Assembly (NCBI GenBank): GCA_037481835.1
Contig: JBBFKW010000004.1
Coordinates: forward strand, 78,569-142,568
Direction of reading: 5' to 3'
Source of the DNA: Desulfosoma sp.
Lineage (GTDB): Bacteria; Desulfobacterota; Syntrophobacteria; Syntrophobacterales; DSM-9756
DNA: 64,000 nucleotides
Every line of letters begins with the position of its first letter. Within the stretch, counting starts at the first letter, position 1. The notes under the pieces were generated by a model. The model was not told the DNA's origin. It made no database searches and was given only the letters and a program-made list of their open reading frames with translations. A program made the position numbers and the translations under genes. This document shows, one piece after another, positions 20,136-30,133 of this stretch.

Positions 20136-21113
20136 CTAAGGCGCACACCTTCTGATGGCTTCCTCCAGGATCGTTTCGATGAGCTCCTGGTAGGACATGC
20201 CCACGAGGGTGCACAAGATGGGCAGGTCGGAATGATGGGGATGGAGGCCGGCCAAGGGGTTGGCTTCGAGAAAATGGGGCCGGCCAAAGGCATCGGAACG
20301 CACATCGATACGGCCGGCATCGCGACATCCCAAGACCTTCCAGGCTTCCACGGCGATGCGCTCGGCTTGGCGCGCCTCCTCATCGTCGACCAGCCGATAA
20401 AGGACGCGCTCTTCGCACCATTCCTTGTTGGCGTAGGAATAGACCTCGGCATCGGCGTTGTCCCGAAGGATCACTTCCATCACCCCTACGGGTCGCGCAC
20501 GACGGCCGGTCCCCAAAATTCCCACGGTGAATTCACGCCCCGGCAGAAAGGTTTCCACCAAAACGGGCTGCCGAAACGCGGCCAGGAGCTCTGCGCAGAC
20601 CGCCGCCAGTTCTTGCGAAGTGTGCACTTTGGATGCCGGCGTGATGCCTTTGCCCGTCCCTTCCCGCACCGGCTTGGCGAAAACCGGCCACGGGAGGTCG
20701 AGCTTTTTCAGGTCCTCCCCATGGTCGATGAGGGCGAAGGCCGGCGTGGGCAGCCCGGCGTCGCGCACCATGCGTTTGGCCACCGATTTATCCAAGGTGA
20801 CGCACAAGCCCACGGGATCGGAAAACGTGTAGGGGATGCCGTATGCGTCCAGGAGCGCCGGGACCTGGGCTTCGCGGCCCGAGCCCCGAAGCCCTTCGGC
20901 GATGTTGAACACCAGGTCCCACCGGTGCCCCGAAATCAGCCGTTCCATGAGGTCCTGCAGCCGCCCGATGCGGTCGGTTTCATGCCCCAAGGCTCGGATG
21001 GCCTCTTCCAGGGCGTCCACCGTGTCTCCCCGGTCGAATTCGGCGGTCTCTTCTTCCGAATACCCCTCGGCGAGGTAGACCTCCCGAAGATCATAGGTCA
21101 GCCCGATTCTCAT
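20136..21113 (-). CDS. D-Ala-D-Ala-ligase-like ATP-grasp enzyme
   Basis: VFNIAEG, REAQVPA, FAKPVREGTGKGI, ETFLPGREFTVG, GRIDVR, FLEANP; lacks the canonical Ddl N-terminal GGxSxE motif. Confidence 0.88.
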   Translation of the reverse strand: MRIGLTYDLREVYLAEGYSEEETAEFDRGDTVDALEEAIRALGHETDRIGRLQDLMERLISGHRWDLVFNIAEGLRGSGREAQVPALLDAYGIPYTFSDPVGLCVTLDKSVAKRMVRDAGLPTPAFALIDHGEDLKKLDLPWPVFAKPVREGTGKGITPASKVHTSQELAAVCAELLAAFRQPVLVETFLPGREFTVGILGTGRRARPVGVMEVILRDNADAEVYSYANKEWCEERVLYRLVDDEEARQAERIAVEAWKVLGCRDAGRIDVRSDAFGRPHFLEANPLAGLHPHHSDLPILCTLVGMSYQELIETILEEAIRRCAP

Positions 21114-21124
21114 GGGCCCCTCCC

Positions 21125-22462
21125 CTAAAACGCCCCCCGCGCCACTCTGTGGGGTTCCGCGGGCGTCTCAAAAGCTTTGGGGTACCGAAAGAGGCGGTGT
21201 TCGTAGTTTCGAAGCACCAGGTCATCCCCATCCACACCTTGCACGTAGTCTGGAAGAAGCGGGATTTTGCCGCCGCCTCCCGGGGCGTCCACGACGTAGG
21301 AAGGAACCGCATAACCGGAGGTGTGCCCGCGCAGGCCGTCCATAATTTCCAGGCCGCGGCGGATAGTCGTGCGAAAATGGGCCGATCCGGAAATGGGATC
21401 GCATTGATAAAGGTAATACGGGCGCACACGAAGTCGCATGAGCCCTTGGAAGAGATCCTTCATGGTCTGGATATCGTCGTTGATGCCTTTAAGGAGCACC
21501 GTCTGGCTTCCCAAGGGGATGCCCGCATCGGCCAGCCGGGCGCACGCTTCGGCCGTCTCGGGGGTGAGCTCGTCCGGATGGGTGAAGTGGAGGCTCATCC
21601 ACAACGGATGAAAGCGGCGCAGGAGCCGGACCAAGTCCCGGGTGATGCGCTGGGGCAAAACCGCCGGCACCTTGGTGCCGATACGGATCACTTCCACATG
21701 GCGGATGGCTCTGAGCCGCTCCAAGAGCCAGCCCAGGGCGTCGTCGGCCAGCGTCAAGGGGTCGCCGCCGGAGATGAGCACATCGCGGACGGCGGGGGTT
21801 GCTTCGATGTAGCCCAGAGCCTTTTCCCACTGCCGGCGGCTTGGATGCCCGCCCGCCCCGTGCCGTCCCACGACACGCGACCGGGTGCAGTATCGGCAAT
21901 ACGTGGAACAAAAGCCTGTGACGAGAAACAGCACGCGGTCCGGGTAGCGGTGCACGAGGCCCGGCACCGGGGAATCCTTGTCTTCTCCCAAGGGATCGTC
22001 CGACTCTCCGGGGCTTCGCATCCATTCATCGGGAAGCGGCACCACGGATCGGCGCAACGGCTGCGAGGGATTGGTCTCGTCGAGCAAGCTCGCGTAATAG
22101 GGCGTAATGGCCGCGGGGAAGCGCGATGCCGTGTCGCGCAGGGCTTCCTTTTCCGCCTCCGTCAGACGGAGGATACGGCTTAGGCCGTGAAGCGATCGGA
22201 ACCGATGCTGCACCTGCCAATGCCAGTCGTTCCAAAGAGAGAGGCTGAGGTGGGGAAAATGCTTTTTCTTGAAGGCTTTTGAGAGGTTGCCCATGGGCAT
22301 GGCGGCGGACTTTCGGCCCGAAAGGCCCCGGGACCGCCGCGGGGAAGGTGATGACTCTTCGGGGTCTGAGCCCGGAGGTTCGCTTGGAGGCTCCTCCGTC
22401 TCCGAGGAGTCTTCGCACAGAGAAGATGCGTCCTGTCGCCATGTTCGATCGGTGTTTTCCAT
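21125..22462 (-). CDS. kamA: KamA-family radical SAM/PLP enzyme (lysine 2,3-aminomutase-like)
   Basis: HRYPDR, CSTYCRYC, SGGDPL, YLYQCD, VVDAPGGGGKIP. Confidence 0.9.
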   Translation of the reverse strand: MENTDRTWRQDASSLCEDSSETEEPPSEPPGSDPEESSPSPRRSRGLSGRKSAAMPMGNLSKAFKKKHFPHLSLSLWNDWHWQVQHRFRSLHGLSRILRLTEAEKEALRDTASRFPAAITPYYASLLDETNPSQPLRRSVVPLPDEWMRSPGESDDPLGEDKDSPVPGLVHRYPDRVLFLVTGFCSTYCRYCTRSRVVGRHGAGGHPSRRQWEKALGYIEATPAVRDVLISGGDPLTLADDALGWLLERLRAIRHVEVIRIGTKVPAVLPQRITRDLVRLLRRFHPLWMSLHFTHPDELTPETAEACARLADAGIPLGSQTVLLKGINDDIQTMKDLFQGLMRLRVRPYYLYQCDPISGSAHFRTTIRRGLEIMDGLRGHTSGYAVPSYVVDAPGGGGKIPLLPDYVQGVDGDDLVLRNYEHRLFRYPKAFETPAEPHRVARGAF

Positions 22463-22778
22463 ATCGACGCCCTTTCCTCGTCCTTATGGTGTTCCCATCC
22501 ACGACCACATCCAGAACCGTTCACACCGCGCTCGGCACGAGGCCGCCGAGGCCGGTCCCGTCGCCCCGAGGGGGCCTTGATCAGCCTAACCGGCACTGCC
22601 GCTCACACGCACGCACCATTTATCCGAAATCCATTTAAAGAAAAACTTTTTTTTATGACCGGTCCCATTCAATGGATAAGCCCCGGACGGGTCGAAACAT
22701 CCCAGCCCGGGGCGGAGCCCCGGGGAAGGGGGCCGGGGATGCGGGCGGACGGAGGAACACGAAGAATCCGTGGGGCGC

Positions 22779-25490
22779 TCAGTTGTGGGCTTCGGCCCAA
22801 TTTTTCCCCCACCCCATGTCCACCACCAAGGGCACACGCAAACGGAGCACCCCTTCCATCCGATCTTTGACCATCTGCCGCACCTCGTCCAGTTCGTCCT
22901 CCGGCACCTCGAAGACGAGCTCGTCGTGCACCTGCAACAACATGGCGGTCGTCAGGCCTCGAAATCGAATCTCCCGGTCAATATCGATCATGGCCTTCTT
23001 AATGACGTCCGCCGCCGTCCCTTGGATGGTCGTGTTGACGGCAAGCCGCTCTCCTTGCTGGCGCACCGTGCGGTTTCGGCTTTGCAGTTCGGGAATGAAT
23101 CGGCGCCGTCCCAAGAGGGTTTCCGCATACCCCCGCTTTTGCGCCTCTGCGACCACCTGCTCGATCCAGCGCTTTACCCCCTGATACTTTTCAAAATACC
23201 GCTCGATGGCCGCCTTGGCGCTGGTCTGGTTGATCTTGAGCTGCTTCGCCAGGCCGTACGGGCCCATGCCGTAAATGATCCCGAAATTGATGGTCTTGGC
23301 ATGGCGGCGCATTTCCGCCGTGACTTCATGGGGCGCCACACCGAACATTTCGGCGGCCGTGCGCCGGTGGATGTCGTCCCCCGCCATGAAGGCGGCCAAG
23401 AGCCGCTCATCGCCGCTGTAGTGGGCAAAGATGCGCAGTTCGATCTGGGAATAATCGGCGGCGAGAAGGACATGGCCCTCATCGGCGATGAACGCTTCGC
23501 GGATGCGGCGGCCTTCCTCGCCTCGCACGGGAATGTTTTGCAGGTTGGGCTCGGAGCTGCTCAGCCGGCCCGTGGCCGTGACGGTTTGGTTGTAACTGGT
23601 GTGGATGCGCCCTGTTTCAGGGTGGACCAAGAGGGGGAGCGCATCCACATAGGTGTTTTTCAGCTTGGCCAGGCTGCGGTAAGCCACGATGTGCTCGGCG
23701 ATGGGATGGTGTGCCGCCAGCTCTTCCAGGACGCTCATGTCCGTCGAAGGCCCCGTCTTGGTCTTTTTAATCACCGGAAGCTGCAACTTGCCGAAGAGGA
23801 CGTCCCTGAGCTGGACGGGCGATTGAATATTAAATGGAGCGCCGGCGATCTCGTAGATGGTCCGCTCTTCTTTGCGCAGCCCTTCTTCAAAAGCTTCCGA
23901 AAGTTCCTTGAGTTTGGCCGTATCCACCCGGACCCCTCGCAGTTCCATACGCGCCAGAACATCGATGAGGGGCCTTTCCAGGGTGTCCATGAGGGTCGTC
24001 AGGCCTGCCTCTTCGAGCTTCCTCCGGAGAATCGGAACGAGCCGAAAGGTACTTTCCGCATCGCTGCAGGCATAGGCGGCGGCGTCGGCGATGGGCACCC
24101 GGGAAAAGGGCACTTCCTTGGCTCCGGATCCGGCCACGTCCCGATAGGCCGCCTTGGGTTCCCCCAGATGCTCGGCCACGATGCGTTCGAGCCGGTGAGA
24201 GGGGTTCCCCGGATCCAGGAGGTAACTCGCCACCATGGTGTCGAAGTCGATCCCGTTGAGTTCCACGCCGTGCCGCTTCAGGACGACCCATTCGTACTTG
24301 ATGTTTTGTCCGACCTTTTTGGGGGTGTCCCCTTCCAGCACGGGCCTGAGCCCCTCCAAAACCCGGGACATAGCCAGTTGCGCTTCACGCTCGGGCCCCT
24401 CGTGGCCCACGGGAATGTAGGCCGCCTCATGCTCCCGCCAACTCAGCGCCACCCCCACGATTCGGGCGCGCATGGCATCCTGGGAGGTGGTTTCCAAATC
24501 GATGGAAAGAACGGGCGCCTGTCGGACTTCTTCCAGGATGTCCCGGAAGGCGGCCTCGGAGAGCACGATGCGGTCGCGTCGTTTCGGCGCATCCCTTTCG
24601 GGGGCGGCCTCCGCCGATGGCGCCTCCCGGGACAGGTCAGCCAGAAAGCGACGCAATCCCAAACGTTCGTAGAGCTCGGCGAGAGCCTCCGTATGGGGGG
24701 ATCCCCTGCGGCACTGAAGCACGTCCAGGTTCACGGGGGCATCGTCCCGCAGGCTCACCAGTTTCCTGGAAAGTACGGCCGCATCCTTTCCCGCTTCCAC
24801 CTTTTTGCGCACCGCCGCGCTGGGAATCTCGTCCAGCCGCCTGAAAAGCTCGTCCAGGGTTTCAAAGCGACGCAAAAGTTCTTCGGCGGTCTTTTCCCCT
24901 ACGCCGGCGATCCCCGGCACATTGTCGGAACTGTCTCCCATGAGCGCCAGGAGATCCCGCACCTGGTCCGGCCGAACCCCGAGGCGTCGGACGACTTCTT
25001 CGGCGGTGAACCATTTATCCTTTTGGGGATCCCACTGGAGCACCCAAGGCTCTTGCACCAGCTGGTGGAGGTCCTTGTCCCCGGAGACAATGACCACGGG
25101 GATTCCCGCTTCCTTAGCCCGCCGAGCCAGGGTGGCGATGACGTCGTCCGCCTCGTAGCCGGGCACTTCCAGGGACGGAATCCCCAGGAGGTCCACCATC
25201 TGTTTGATGATGGGCACCTGCACCACCAGGTCTTCCGGCATGCGGTCCCGCGTGGCCTTGTATTCCGGGTAGGCGGCGTGGCGAAAGGTGGGACCGGGCG
25301 GGTCGTAGACGACGCACAAGAGTTCCGGCTGCTTGTCTTTGAGCACTTTGTGGAGCATCTGGTGGAAGCCGAAGACGGCTTGAGTGGGAGTGCCGTCGGG
25401 TGCCGTGAGACGCCGGCCCATGGCGTAAAAGGCCCGATACATGTAGGAACTGGCATCGATGAGGTAAAGGATCGGCTTTTTCTCCGTCAT
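22779..25490 (-). CDS. polA: DNA polymerase I
   Basis: 5'-3' exonuclease (EADD, SGDKD), DLETT, TGRLSS, DYSQIELR, KTINFGIIYG, QVHDEL. Confidence 0.98.
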   Translation of the reverse strand: MTEKKPILYLIDASSYMYRAFYAMGRRLTAPDGTPTQAVFGFHQMLHKVLKDKQPELLCVVYDPPGPTFRHAAYPEYKATRDRMPEDLVVQVPIIKQMVDLLGIPSLEVPGYEADDVIATLARRAKEAGIPVVIVSGDKDLHQLVQEPWVLQWDPQKDKWFTAEEVVRRLGVRPDQVRDLLALMGDSSDNVPGIAGVGEKTAEELLRRFETLDELFRRLDEIPSAAVRKKVEAGKDAAVLSRKLVSLRDDAPVNLDVLQCRRGSPHTEALAELYERLGLRRFLADLSREAPSAEAAPERDAPKRRDRIVLSEAAFRDILEEVRQAPVLSIDLETTSQDAMRARIVGVALSWREHEAAYIPVGHEGPEREAQLAMSRVLEGLRPVLEGDTPKKVGQNIKYEWVVLKRHGVELNGIDFDTMVASYLLDPGNPSHRLERIVAEHLGEPKAAYRDVAGSGAKEVPFSRVPIADAAAYACSDAESTFRLVPILRRKLEEAGLTTLMDTLERPLIDVLARMELRGVRVDTAKLKELSEAFEEGLRKEERTIYEIAGAPFNIQSPVQLRDVLFGKLQLPVIKKTKTGPSTDMSVLEELAAHHPIAEHIVAYRSLAKLKNTYVDALPLLVHPETGRIHTSYNQTVTATGRLSSSEPNLQNIPVRGEEGRRIREAFIADEGHVLLAADYSQIELRIFAHYSGDERLLAAFMAGDDIHRRTAAEMFGVAPHEVTAEMRRHAKTINFGIIYGMGPYGLAKQLKINQTSAKAAIERYFEKYQGVKRWIEQVVAEAQKRGYAETLLGRRRFIPELQSRNRTVRQQGERLAVNTTIQGTAADVIKKAMIDIDREIRFRGLTTAMLLQVHDELVFEVPEDELDEVRQMVKDRMEGVLRLRVPLVVDMGWGKNWAEAHN

Positions 25491-25547
25491 CTTTCCACAC
25501 TCCCGTGCGCATCCCCATGGAAAGAAAAGGGTGACGCCCGCAGCCCG

Positions 25548-26339
25548 TTACCCGTCCTCCTCGCCCTGAGGCCGCTTCCCCTTTTCACCTTTATGGCCCC
25601 CCGATCCCCCTTTTAACGGCGGAGGCAGATACTCCCAATTGATGTGGCTCATGGCGTGAAAGATATTCCCGCGGATCTTGCGGTTTTTTCGATACAACCC
25701 GAACAAGAAATCCCGGATTTCCGTCCGTGCGTTCCGACCCGCCGAAGGACACGGATTTTCCACCACGGGCAATCCCAGCCGCCGCGCCATGCGCTCCACC
25801 TTGTGGCTGTCCACCAGGGCCAGGGGCCGAATGACGATGAGGGAACCCCCGAAGAAGCTCTGGCGCGGCACGATTCCGGCCGTCTGCGCCCCATAGAGGA
25901 TGTTGATGAAAAAGGTTTCGATGAAATCATCCTGGTTGTGGGCGAAAGCCACCTTGGAACAGCCCAAAGCGCGGGCTTCCCGGAAAAGGGCCGCACGGCG
26001 CCTTCGCGCGCACAGAAAACACGGGTTTTCCCGGTTTTCAGGGCGATGAGCCTGCAGCCCGTAGTCCGTTGGAAGAATGCGATAGTCGAAACCTTCCCAC
26101 CGGAAAAACTCTTCCAGGGGCGCCGCGGTGCTCGGTTCAAACCCGAGATCCACATGAACGGCGACGAGTTCATAGCGGATGGGCACGTGGCGCAGCCTTT
26201 CCCGCAGGAGCCACAAGAGGAGCAGGCTGTCCTTGCCGCCGGAGACGGCCACGGCGATGCGGTCCCCGTCGTCGATCAAGCCGTAGTGGTGGACGGCTTT
26301 GCCCACCAATCGCCGCACTTCCTGGTCGATATAGGCCAC
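25548..26339 (-). CDS. ttcA: tRNA 2-thiocytidine biosynthesis TtcA-family PP-loop protein
   Basis: SGGKDS, CFLC, AHNQDD, IRPL, NPCP; GTG start 2 nt after the upstream stop. Only one Cys at the second site, so function is not certain. Confidence 0.78.
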   Translation of the reverse strand: MAYIDQEVRRLVGKAVHHYGLIDDGDRIAVAVSGGKDSLLLLWLLRERLRHVPIRYELVAVHVDLGFEPSTAAPLEEFFRWEGFDYRILPTDYGLQAHRPENRENPCFLCARRRRAALFREARALGCSKVAFAHNQDDFIETFFINILYGAQTAGIVPRQSFFGGSLIVIRPLALVDSHKVERMARRLGLPVVENPCPSAGRNARTEIRDFLFGLYRKNRKIRGNIFHAMSHINWEYLPPPLKGGSGGHKGEKGKRPQGEEDG

Positions 26340-26341
26340 GG

Positions 26342-27541
26342 TTACGCCGCCTGGTCCACCCCTTGACCCTGAATGTTGAGATATGCCGTGGCGTTTTTGA
26401 TGCCGCCCAACGTCAGGTCCTCCATGTGGAAAATGTCGCCGATTCGGCCGATGGTCGGGCTGTTCCACGGCCAGTGATCCCGAGGAATGGGGTTCAGCCA
26501 GACGCTCACGGGAAAGGCTTCCCGCAGTTCCCGGAGCCAGACGAAGCCGGGTTTGCGGATGGCCGTCGCCGGGTCGATGGACCCGTAGGACGCCATGAGT
26601 TCGGCCGGCGCCATGTTGGCGTCCCCGATAATGATGAGCCGCGTCTTTTTGCCGGACGCCAAGAGTTTTTCCCACGAGACGGGTTGGCGACGCTGCGGGT
26701 CGGCATAGACCGTGCCGTAGATGCAGTTGTGGAAGTAGTAGAACCGCACGTCGCGAAAACAGTCGCGGATCTTGTTGAAGACCGTTTTCACCAGGTCCAC
26801 GTAGGGGACCATGGAATAGCCGCCGTTGTCCACAAGGACAATGAGCTCCACCCGGTTGCGAAGTTCCCGTTGAAAGACCAGTTCGATTTCGCCGCCGTTT
26901 TTGGCCGTGCGGTAAATGGTCGTGTCCACGTCCAGTTCGTTTTCGGGCCCCACGGGGCGGAGGCTCTTGAGCGTGGAGAGAACCTGGCGCAGGTTTTCAC
27001 TCCTGAGGGGCGTCTCATCGCTGTACTGGATGTAGCGGCGGGCGCCGATGACCTTTTGGGCCGTCCCGTGCAGGCTTTCCCCGTAAACCCGGATACCGCC
27101 CCCATGGCGGCCGCTGTGGCCGAAGGGGGAGCGGCCGCCCGTGCCCACCCACGTGTTGCCGCCGTGATGTTCTCCGTCCTGGGCCATGACCGTGCGCCAG
27201 AACCGCTCCAAGAGTTCCTCATTGTCGAATTCGCGCAAGGCTTCCAGAGGAAGACGGCCGCTTTCCACTTGGCGGCGCAGCCATTCTTGGAAGGGCTTGC
27301 CCGTGAGCAGGGCTTCCCAGTCTTCGGGATCCACGGAGGGATCCCCGAGGAAAACGTGCCGAAACACCTGTTCGAAGGCGTCGTAATGTTCCACCTTCTT
27401 GACGAAGACCAATCGGGCGAAAAGAAACAGCCGGTCCAGGTCGGGGGCGATCCCGGCACGCAGCCCCCGGTAGAATTCCAGGATGTAGTGGACGCTCACC
27501 GGGATGCCCGCCCGCATGAGCCCGTAGATGAAATCGATCAT
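26342..27541 (-). CDS. VWA-domain (CoxE-like) partner of MoxR ATPase
   Basis: HHGGNTWVGTGGRSPFGH, DNGGYSM MIDAS-like, YYFHNC, GDANM, WLNP. Confidence 0.82.
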   Translation of the reverse strand: MIDFIYGLMRAGIPVSVHYILEFYRGLRAGIAPDLDRLFLFARLVFVKKVEHYDAFEQVFRHVFLGDPSVDPEDWEALLTGKPFQEWLRRQVESGRLPLEALREFDNEELLERFWRTVMAQDGEHHGGNTWVGTGGRSPFGHSGRHGGGIRVYGESLHGTAQKVIGARRYIQYSDETPLRSENLRQVLSTLKSLRPVGPENELDVDTTIYRTAKNGGEIELVFQRELRNRVELIVLVDNGGYSMVPYVDLVKTVFNKIRDCFRDVRFYYFHNCIYGTVYADPQRRQPVSWEKLLASGKKTRLIIIGDANMAPAELMASYGSIDPATAIRKPGFVWLRELREAFPVSVWLNPIPRDHWPWNSPTIGRIGDIFHMEDLTLGGIKNATAYLNIQGQGVDQAA

Positions 27542-27553
27542 GGCGCGGTCCTT

Positions 27554-28456
27554 TCAGAACCGGAGGGCTTTGCGAATCCCTTTGAATTTCAAGATGTCCT
27601 GGGTCCTCTTGAGGAGCGTCCCGATGTGGGCCACGTCCTTTCCCGCCCCGGGGCCGCGCACGCCGCCCGCCCTCATGGCCCCGATCCAGTCCAGGAGTTC
27701 GGCCGTGGCGGGCGGTTTTTCGAAACCTTCCTCCCGAAGCCGATAGAAGGTCTCCAAAGAGGCGTGCAGGAACGCCTCCGGGATGTCCGGGTAGTGAAGC
27801 CGCACGATTTTCACCATCTCCTCGGGACCGGGAAAGGGAATGTAATGGCAGAAACAGCGCCGCAGGAACGGGTCTGAAAGCTCCCGCTTGGCATTGCTCG
27901 TAATGATAATGATCGGCCGCTGTTTCGCCCGGATCTTGTGGTTGATTTCCCGGATGATGAAGGCCCCGTCTTCCAGGACATCCAGAAGATTGTCTTGGGT
28001 GTCTGAATCCGTCTTGTCGATTTCGTCCAGAAGGAGCACGCGGCGATCCTCGCACGTGAAGGCCCGGCCGATGGGCCCGAACCGGATGTAGTCCCAAATG
28101 TTGTTCACATCTCGGCCCGTGTCCCCTGAGCCGAACCGGGAGTCATTGAGCCGAAGGACCGTGTCGTAGACATAGCACAGTTCTTCGCCCTTGAAAGTGG
28201 ACTTGCACCGTGCCTCCTCCATGCGCAGGTTGAGGGCTCGGGCGATTTCGAAAGCGAGTTGGGTCTTGCCCGTGCCGGCTTCCCCGGTGAGAAGGAGGGG
28301 TTTTCCCATGGCGATGGCAATGTTGACGATTTCCCGAAGCTCCGAATTGAGATAGTAGCGGTCGGTTCCTTCAAACCGCATGGGGCTGGATTCGCAAACA
28401 TTCTGCACGACGAACCTCCTGTGAGGGGACGCTGCGGCTTTCGCATCCGTTGTCAT
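27554..28456 (-). CDS. MoxR-family AAA+ ATPase
   Basis: GEAGTGKT, LLLDEIDK, ITSN..REL.D.F.RRC; start uncertain (28456 or 28381). Confidence 0.88.
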   Translation of the reverse strand: MTTDAKAAASPHRRFVVQNVCESSPMRFEGTDRYYLNSELREIVNIAIAMGKPLLLTGEAGTGKTQLAFEIARALNLRMEEARCKSTFKGEELCYVYDTVLRLNDSRFGSGDTGRDVNNIWDYIRFGPIGRAFTCEDRRVLLLDEIDKTDSDTQDNLLDVLEDGAFIIREINHKIRAKQRPIIIITSNAKRELSDPFLRRCFCHYIPFPGPEEMVKIVRLHYPDIPEAFLHASLETFYRLREEGFEKPPATAELLDWIGAMRAGGVRGPGAGKDVAHIGTLLKRTQDILKFKGIRKALRF

Positions 28457-28729
28457 TTCCCGCCGATCGGCGGCATCATAGAGTATTTCGAAACGCTCTT
28501 GAAGCCTAGATGCGAGCATGTCTTCGGCGCGCCTTTTCTTAAAGCCGCCAGGGATTCGCGGCGAGGTTCATGGCCTGCGGCGCGGCCACAGAGGGCTTTC
28601 GGAGGCGCCCGCCCTGTGGTATGGATGGTTGAAAGAGAAACGGCGGAAACGGCAGAACGACACGCAGGGCCATCCCGAAACGCGCCGGAACGCTCTCATT
28701 CGGTGCGACCAAAGGAGGCAAAATCCGCG

Positions 28730-29944
28730 GTGAAACGCTCCTCCGTGGCTTCGTTCAATGTGTGGGCCGGGCGGCCGACGCCGTCTTTCGCCCTGAGTCT
28801 CTTTTTGGCCTGCACACTCACCTTCGGATTTTACACCGCATCCTACATGCGCATCCCCGTGGTGCCGCTCTACGCCAAAAGCCTGGGGGCGGGGACCGCC
28901 ACCGTGGGCTGGATCAATTCCGTTTTCTTTTTGACGGCCGGGTGCCTTTCCCTTCCTGTCGGGCTTCTCTCCGACCGCTGGGGGCGGAAACGCCTTGCCT
29001 TTTGGGGCGTCCTGGTGGTGAGCCTCACCTCCTTCGCCCTAGCCTGGGCTGAAACACCATTGCATCTCATGATCATTTATTTCTTCTTTGGAATCGGTCT
29101 TTCGGCTTACGGCCCCACCATGATGAGTTACGTGGCGGATATTTCGCCCCTCACCCACCTGGGCCGGTCCTACGGCTGGTACACCACGTCGCTCTATGTG
29201 GGCATGAGTGTGGGGCCGGCCATCGGGGCGTGGATCGCCGAGCGGTTCGGGTTCCAGGATGTGTTTGTGGCCTCGGGGGTGGTCACGGCCGGGCTGCTCC
29301 TCGTGCTCGCTTTGTTCCTGCCCCCGCCGCCCACATCGGGTGTCAAGGCGGGGGAAAAGCCGCCCCTTCGCCGCGCCGCCGCCGAGGTTCTTCGGTGCCG
29401 TCCCTTATGGGGTTGTTGGCTCGTCACCTTGGGGCTCTGTTTCGGTCTGGGGATGTTCGTCACCTTCATCCCGCTGCATGCCCGTCAGAGCTCCATCCCC
29501 ATCGCCTCCATCGGTCTCATTTTCATGGTGCAAGGCATTTCCAATGCGCTCTTTCGCATCCCTTTCGGCCATTGGAGCGATCGGACCTCGGACCGGCGGC
29601 GTCTGGTGGCCTTGGGCTCCTTGGGAACGGCAGGGGCCATGGCGGGATTCGGCGCATCGGGCGTGCTGTGGCATTTTCTTTTGTGTGCCGGGATCTTGGG
29701 AGCCAGCCTGGCTTTGGCCTTCACGTCCATCGGAGCTCTCATCGCCGTGGTGGCCGACCCGCGCCTTCGCGGGCTCGCCATGGGAGGCTACAACACGTCG
29801 ATTTACTTCGGCATCATGGCGGCTTCGGCGGCCATGGGAACCGTCATCGCTTCCAAAGGCTACTTTTTCGCCTTCGCCGCCGCGGGGGTGCTGACCGTCG
29901 CATGCCTCATCCTTTTCGCCGCCTTGATGAGGCCCCCTCGGTGA
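28730..29944 (+). CDS. MFS transporter
   Basis: GLLSDRWGRK motif A, about 12 TM segments; AAGGAGG before GTG 28730. Confidence 0.9.
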   Translation: MKRSSVASFNVWAGRPTPSFALSLFLACTLTFGFYTASYMRIPVVPLYAKSLGAGTATVGWINSVFFLTAGCLSLPVGLLSDRWGRKRLAFWGVLVVSLTSFALAWAETPLHLMIIYFFFGIGLSAYGPTMMSYVADISPLTHLGRSYGWYTTSLYVGMSVGPAIGAWIAERFGFQDVFVASGVVTAGLLLVLALFLPPPPTSGVKAGEKPPLRRAAAEVLRCRPLWGCWLVTLGLCFGLGMFVTFIPLHARQSSIPIASIGLIFMVQGISNALFRIPFGHWSDRTSDRRRLVALGSLGTAGAMAGFGASGVLWHFLLCAGILGASLALAFTSIGALIAVVADPRLRGLAMGGYNTSIYFGIMAASAAMGTVIASKGYFFAFAAAGVLTVACLILFAALMRPPR

Positions 29945-29990
29945 CGGACTTGCGAAGTCCCAAAGAGGGCGTTCCTTCGGAAAAAGGGGC

Positions 29991-30019
29991 TTGACACCCG
30001 AACGCCCCTGGGCTAGTAA
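29991..30019 (+). promoter_or_regulatory. Sigma70-type promoter of the tRNA pair
   Basis: TTGACA-N17-TAGTAA upstream of tRNA-Arg. Confidence 0.7.
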
Positions 30020-30045
30020 GAAGCCCCGTTCGTCGGTGCGACCAT

Positions 30046-30122
<77 letters not shown>

Positions 30123-30133
30123 GAAATGCACGT

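Noticed and set aside
18248..21113. Housekeeping ddl or Van-type resistance ligases
   Set aside because: No canonical Ddl N-terminal motif, and no dcw or vanHX context.
22463..22778. Lysine or SAM riboswitch upstream of kamA
   Set aside because: No recognisable conserved riboswitch core by eye; an Rfam/Infernal scan would be needed to exclude it.
22770..25616. 948-aa + strand ORF
   Set aside because: Antisense shadow of polA.
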